DNA from: Spirochaetales bacterium
Lineage (GTDB): Bacteria; Spirochaetota; JAAYUW01
Reading direction: 5' to 3'
DNA length: 64,000 bases
Assembly: GCA_012797605.1 (NCBI GenBank)
Contig: JAAZOT010000050.1
Span: 4,655-68,654 of the forward strand
This document shows positions 59,214-64,000 of this stretch, piece after piece; within the stretch, counting starts at the first letter, position 1; each line of letters begins with the position of its first letter. Below the pieces are notes generated by a model. That model had not been told where the DNA came from and did not search any database. It was given only the letters and a program-made list of their open reading frames with translations. A program made the translations under genes and the position numbers.

Positions 59214-61718
59214 TTGTCATCTTTATTAGATCCTCGAAAAGTTCAAAAAGATTTAGTTATTCCGAAAGGCGCATTAATTTTCTCTTTTGAAGAAAATTTC
59301 AATAAATTAAATATGCTTGAATCTGGTTCGGTACAGCTATTTATTCAGATCGATAGTTCTAAGACCGAAAGATCCATTTGCATAGCAAAAGCAAAAAGAC
59401 TTATATACCCATACACCTTATTTTTAGAAAATAAAATCCCTATTAAATTAATATCATCAGAAGAATCAGTTATAAATTCTTACCCATTTTTACAACATCC
59501 CATCTCATTTTTTTCTCAAAACTTTCAAATGGGCAAATCAATTATGGTCTCCATCTTATCTGACTTTAATGAACTTTTAAATCAATATAAATTGTTTTGT
59601 AATTATTGTATAAGTGTTGAAAAGCTTTACGATAATATCATCCTATATCTTTCTCTGTCTAGAATATATCAAAATCTAGTCATTTATTCTGAAGATTCTT
59701 TCAATATCTATAAAATTGCGAAAGAATATGAAACTTTATTTAATGAAAACAATGGTTTTTTCCCAGGACCAGATAATTTTACCTTTTTTGAAACGGACAA
59801 TTCTAAATTCATAGGTAAAAAATACGAATTTATTTTAGATAAAGATTTGATAGATCAAACAATATTAAATCTTGGCTTAAGTTTTAGAAAGATAGATAAT
59901 GAAGTTCAAAATAATATTTTTAAACAAAATCCAGATTTACCATATTCTATATGTAAATTAAGCAGTAAACAGGTAAATAACCTTATCATTTTGTTTAAAG
60001 AAAAGATAAAGCTTCTGGATTCAAAACTTGATAGACTCTTTTCAAATCAAAACAATTTGTTTTATATTTTATTAAAAGGAATTCAAGATAAATTTGGTAA
60101 AGAAAAGACAAAAGCATTTTTTGATTACCTTTATAAATACTATGAAAATTTCAGTGAAAGATATAAAGATCTTTTTCAACTAATATCACTTCCATTCAAT
60201 CTTAATATAAAAGGCGATTTACTTTATCTTACTGAAAAGAAAGAAAAGAAGGTTGAACCTCAAATAACTAAGAAAGAAGCTAGTTCAGTAGATTCAATTA
60301 TATCAGATATTTTAGAAGATAATAAAAGTGAAAGTTTTTCACTTGATTCAATAATATTGAAAGAACAAAAACCTACAACTTCTACTCAATCTAAAATTTT
60401 CAATGAATTATGTCATTTCGGGAAGATTAAAGAAGACGATTCAAAGCTTTTAGGTAAGGCTCTTGATGCTTTTGTAAAGTTATCAGACAAGTTAGCAGAT
60501 AATGAAACAGTAAGAAAGATTCATAAGGCAATAAAGACAGTATATTTTAAGTTTTATCAATCTATTTTTTTAAGATACATTGAAGAGAAGAATCCTCCAA
60601 AAATAGCTGAGAGATTCCTGAAATTTGGGATTATCGACGAGAGACTCGTAAGTCCAGAAGATATGAACAGCATCATGGAGTTTTTAGATAATTCTAAAAA
60701 TGATTATGAGATATATAACCCTATTGAATGGTTTACTTTAATATATAATGAAAAGATTGAACCATCGATTGATGAACTTGGGCAAAGCTATGCTGATATG
60801 GAAAGGGAGGAAGCAAAAAGATATAAAAAAAGTGAAGATTCCGATCTTCCAACTAATCTTAGGAAATTGAAATTTGAAATAGAATCTTTTTATCAGGTAG
60901 CATATAGAATATTGACTTCTTCTCCGTTGACTGCTATCCCAATCTTTTTTTCTGAAAATTTAAGGGGAGGCTTAAAAGATTCGATTTTATCAAAAGAAAA
61001 AATTGCAAACGAATTTAATCAGATAAGAGATCTAGATTATACCCTTTTTTTTAGAGAAGCCATATATACTCAAGGGGATACCTATGATATTTATAAAAAA
61101 GAAATCCTTCCCTATATAATTATATTACCAGGAATTGGTGATAGAGTCATAATGTGGCAGGATTGTGGTTCAAATAAATACATGCCTGCAAGATTTGTCT
61201 TTCCAGCAGTTTTTACTGGTTCTGATTTAAGCAAATCAATAGCTCAAGCATGTGCTACATTTAGATGGGAGAGCAATAAAACAATGAAGGGGCCTGGTTG
61301 GGCAGATGCTACTTCGGGAGGGATAACAGGACAATATCTTGATTATTTACAGAGTTACCAAAAGAGCAATGAGCTTTCGATGGAAGCAAAGCAACAACTT
61401 AGGGAATCTTTGAGTAAATTCAGAACAGACAGGGAAAAATTTGCAAATGATTATATCCAATGGATTTTCTTTGAATCACAGGGAATATTAAAATTGAATC
61501 TTCTTTTGAGAAGAATCTTTATTTTTGAAATTCCATTTAAAAAAGATATTCTACTTAAATTGCAAAGACTTCCAGCCTATGAAAAACTTGTAACTACATT
61601 TATAAACAAGAGAAAGATAGAACTTAAAACAAGTATCTCAAGATATAGAAAGTTTGAAGATGAAGAAGGAATTCTGCCTCCTGAAATACAAAAACATATG
61701 GAAATGCTTAAAACATAA
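59214..61718 (+). CDS. Large orphan protein (834 aa) of unknown function downstream of the CNB protein
   Basis: TTG start with AAGGAG 8 nt upstream, 18 nt after the preceding stop. No catalytic or transmembrane motif recognised. The N-terminal ~110 aa are vaguely CNB-like. Confidence 0.7.
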   Translation: MSSLLDPRKVQKDLVIPKGALIFSFEENFNKLNMLESGSVQLFIQIDSSKTERSICIAKAKRLIYPYTLFLENKIPIKLISSEESVINSYPFLQHPISFFSQNFQMGKSIMVSILSDFNELLNQYKLFCNYCISVEKLYDNIILYLSLSRIYQNLVIYSEDSFNIYKIAKEYETLFNENNGFFPGPDNFTFFETDNSKFIGKKYEFILDKDLIDQTILNLGLSFRKIDNEVQNNIFKQNPDLPYSICKLSSKQVNNLIILFKEKIKLLDSKLDRLFSNQNNLFYILLKGIQDKFGKEKTKAFFDYLYKYYENFSERYKDLFQLISLPFNLNIKGDLLYLTEKKEKKVEPQITKKEASSVDSIISDILEDNKSESFSLDSIILKEQKPTTSTQSKIFNELCHFGKIKEDDSKLLGKALDAFVKLSDKLADNETVRKIHKAIKTVYFKFYQSIFLRYIEEKNPPKIAERFLKFGIIDERLVSPEDMNSIMEFLDNSKNDYEIYNPIEWFTLIYNEKIEPSIDELGQSYADMEREEAKRYKKSEDSDLPTNLRKLKFEIESFYQVAYRILTSSPLTAIPIFFSENLRGGLKDSILSKEKIANEFNQIRDLDYTLFFREAIYTQGDTYDIYKKEILPYIIILPGIGDRVIMWQDCGSNKYMPARFVFPAVFTGSDLSKSIAQACATFRWESNKTMKGPGWADATSGGITGQYLDYLQSYQKSNELSMEAKQQLRESLSKFRTDREKFANDYIQWIFFESQGILKLNLLLRRIFIFEIPFKKDILLKLQRLPAYEKLVTTFINKRKIELKTSISRYRKFEDEEGILPPEIQKHMEMLKT

Positions 61719-61885
61719 ATCTAATTTTCTATAAATTTCTATAAAGAGTTATTTTTTTAAAATAAACTAATTTTTTCTAAAATTTTTTTTTAATAAAATT
61801 TCTTTTCAACTAAAACTTAAAAATAACTAAAGATATCCATTAAAAATTTACTAAAAACTCTTATTGTTTTCCTTTTAATTATTTA

Positions 61886-61893
61886 GCCGATAT
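61886..61893 (+). promoter_or_regulatory. Sigma-28-type -10 box GCCGATAT upstream of fliD
   Basis: Matches 8 of 8 positions of the Bacillus SigD -10 consensus and lies 112 nt before the fliD ATG. No TAAA element at the canonical -35 spacing. Confidence 0.35.
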
Positions 61894-62005
61894 TTAAAAG
61901 AAAAGAAACCAGTTGAAATTTATTATAATAGTTCTATTTAATATATATAGATTAATAGATATAGATTTGGTTTAAAAAATCTTTTAGTCAAGGAGGGCTA
62001 AAAAG

Positions 62006-63883
62006 ATGGGTAAATTAACAATAAATAATCTTACTAATTCTGGAATTGATGTTCAAAACTATATAGAACAACTTATCAAAATAAAATCCCAACCTATCGA
62101 AAATTTAAAAACTCAAAATGATTCTTATAGCAATAAAATTAAAAAACTAAATGAACTTCTCGATTTAATGAAAAAACTTCAGGATGCTTCTAAATCTCTG
62201 TTTGATTATAGATCACCTTTCGATGAAATGGTTGCGAAATCTTCAAATGAAGAATATTTTACTGCTATAGCATCTAGAGGAGTTGATATTGCAAAGAGAA
62301 GAATAGAAATTTTGCAAACTGCTAAAAGTTATAGAATTGCCAGCGATCCAATAGCTGTAGATACTAAAATAGGAAAGGTAAATTTCAGTATTCAGGTTGG
62401 TGACTCTATAAGAAGAATATCATTTGAAGGTGGAAGTATCATTGACTTAGTAAATGCAATAAAGGAACAGGCAAAAGATATCGTAAATGTAAATCTAACT
62501 TATAAGGATAAAGATACCGTTTATGTCTCTTTCGAAGCTAAAAAGGAAGGGGTAAATAGTAATATTGTATTTTCCGAAGAGATTCAACCAATATTTGAGC
62601 AGCTAGGGATATTAATAAAATCTCAAAAGTCTGAATCCACTCTTTTGAAGGTAAATTCAATTTTATTGGATTCAGGTAAACAAAATAAGGTTGATATCCC
62701 ACAATCTATAAAAGGGCAAAAATTATTTGTAACATTTAATGTTCAAAAAAAGGAGTTTACTTTACCAAGTCCGACTCAAGTTCAAGTTCCAGAAGAAACT
62801 GGCTCTGGAACTCCTATAACTATAGATCCTCAAACAGTATATCCCGATCCAGTAAACGCAAGCCAGATAATAGATACATCTAATGTTTCAAATCAACCTA
62901 TGCAGGTAAAAGTGATAGGAAGTGATGGTGAGAAAATAATAGAGATCAATTCTTCTACTCAAAATTTTACAATAGATAAGGATCAACTAGGAATAGGTGA
63001 GATAAAATCCATTGAATTTGTTAATAGCTCTAGCAATAGTTATACAATAAGTGATTTTACTGTAAAAAGCGTTCAGGAAAAGGAAGGTTTTGTTGCAAAA
63101 AATGTTATTTCAGAAGGTAGAAATGCAATAATAACTGTAGATGGAATTAGAATTGAAAAAGAATCAAATGTCATAGATGATGTTATTAAGGGTGTGACTT
63201 TAACCTTAAAAAAAGAAACTAAAGGAGAAGAAACATTATCTATTGAACCTAATACTGATTTTATGAAAGAAAAAATAATAGAGTGGGTAGGACATTACAA
63301 CAATATGATTGATTTTATTGTTAATGAAACCAAGATCAATAGAGAAGGTGGAGAAAACGGAACGTTTGCTGGAGATACATCCTTTATGATGCTTCACAAT
63401 ACTATTCAGAGATTTATGCAATCTACTTATGGAGAAGGTCCATATAGGATGCTTGCACAACTCGGCATTTCAACTGGTAAACCAGGAAATACTCCAGCTC
63501 AAAAAGGTGGATATCTTGAGATAGATGAAGCTATGCTTGATAAGGCTTTAAAAGAAAATCCTTCAAAAGTCAAAGAATTTTTTGGTTTTGATTCTGATGG
63601 AGATAGAATTCCGGATAATGGTATTGGTCAGAGGATTTTCGATTACTTAAAAGGGATGACAAATTTTTCAGATGGAACTATCAAAAAGAGAACAGATTAC
63701 TTTTCAACTTTGATTACTGGAAATCAAAAGAGAATAGAAACCTTAAATCGGCAGTTAGAGATTTATAGAGATAACTTGATATACAAATTTGCTGTCATGG
63801 AAAATCTTATCTCAAAACTTAAAAGTGATGGAAATTATATCTCAACTTATTTAGGGAATCAAAATGCAAATAGCAACAAATAA
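62006..63883 (+). CDS. fliD: Flagellar filament capping protein FliD (HAP2)
   Basis: 625 aa. The N-terminus (SGIDVQNYIEQLIKIKSQPIENLKTQ) and the C-terminal heptad region (IETLNRQLEIYRDNLIYKFAVMENLISKLK) are typical of FliD. Confidence 0.85.
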   Translation: MGKLTINNLTNSGIDVQNYIEQLIKIKSQPIENLKTQNDSYSNKIKKLNELLDLMKKLQDASKSLFDYRSPFDEMVAKSSNEEYFTAIASRGVDIAKRRIEILQTAKSYRIASDPIAVDTKIGKVNFSIQVGDSIRRISFEGGSIIDLVNAIKEQAKDIVNVNLTYKDKDTVYVSFEAKKEGVNSNIVFSEEIQPIFEQLGILIKSQKSESTLLKVNSILLDSGKQNKVDIPQSIKGQKLFVTFNVQKKEFTLPSPTQVQVPEETGSGTPITIDPQTVYPDPVNASQIIDTSNVSNQPMQVKVIGSDGEKIIEINSSTQNFTIDKDQLGIGEIKSIEFVNSSSNSYTISDFTVKSVQEKEGFVAKNVISEGRNAIITVDGIRIEKESNVIDDVIKGVTLTLKKETKGEETLSIEPNTDFMKEKIIEWVGHYNNMIDFIVNETKINREGGENGTFAGDTSFMMLHNTIQRFMQSTYGEGPYRMLAQLGISTGKPGNTPAQKGGYLEIDEAMLDKALKENPSKVKEFFGFDSDGDRIPDNGIGQRIFDYLKGMTNFSDGTIKKRTDYFSTLITGNQKRIETLNRQLEIYRDNLIYKFAVMENLISKLKSDGNYISTYLGNQNANSNK

Positions 63884-64000
63884 AATAAAAAATACTTTTA
63901 TATTAATAACAACAGTATGTTTATTTATTTTTTTCTTCTCCTGTTCACAAGAGAATATGGAGCTTTTAAAGGCAAACAGATTGGCTTCAAGTGTACAACT
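63864..64000 (+). CDS. Putative lipoprotein, 5' part only (runs off the right edge)
   Basis: The ATG at 63864 overlaps the fliD 3' end by 20 nt in another frame. It translates to MQIATNKIKNTFILITTVCLFIFFFSCSQENMELLKANRLASSVQ, with a lipobox-like FFSC. Confidence 0.4.
   Translation, partial: MQIATNKIKNTFILITTVCLFIFFFSCSQENMELLKANRLASSVQ

Noticed and set aside
1-64000. Window-wide look for mobile elements, CRISPR arrays, toxin-antitoxin pairs, restriction-modification or other defence islands.
   Set aside because: No transposase, integrase or recombinase motifs, no repeat-spacer arrays, and no nuclease/methylase/ATPase gene pairs of defence type were seen. The gene content is core housekeeping plus motility.

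Overview
This is a dense, almost fully coding 64-kb stretch of a very AT-rich bacterial chromosome (roughly 28-30% GC by eye) using the standard genetic code. I saw no transposases, integrases, CRISPR arrays or recognisable defence genes. Left part (1-13 kb): the livJHMGF branched-chain amino-acid ABC transporter; an RNA-repair trio (rtcB, an unknown 165-aa gene, and a divergent 2H-phosphoesterase thpR); an NlpC/P60 lipoprotein; HtrA; a tRNA with anticodon CAU; ornithine carbamoyltransferase; a 2-hydroxyacid dehydrogenase; and tsaD. Middle (13-41.6 kb): bioY; a phoH-pgpH-ybeY-corC-recO-like operon; uvrA; and an envelope gene pair. That pair is an SLH + coiled-coil + C-terminal anchor protein resembling Thermotoga Omp-alpha, followed by an LptD/OstA-like beta-barrel, which suggests a diderm, Thermotogota-like cell plan. 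The middle also holds a canonical-headed Smc with no recognisable hinge domain, ffh, epmA, leuS, a monomeric [FeFe]-hydrogenase, tmRNA and psuK-psuG. Right part (41.8-63.9 kb): a Bacillus/spirochaete-style flagellar super-operon, flgC-fliE-fliF-fliG-fliH-fliI-fliJ-flbB-fliK-flgD-flgE-flbD-motA-motB-fliL-fliM-fliY-fliO/Z. It does not continue into fliPQR-flhBA. Instead it is translationally coupled to a tandem cyclic-nucleotide-binding protein, followed by an 834-aa orphan protein and then fliD. This two-gene insert is my best candidate for an undescribed system, possibly a cNMP input to the flagellum. Secondary leads are the hinge-less Smc, the unknown gene in the archease position next to rtcB, a strand-asymmetric poly-purine tract before psuG, and sigma-28-like -10 boxes. 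All functional calls come from motif recognition by eye. No database search was run.
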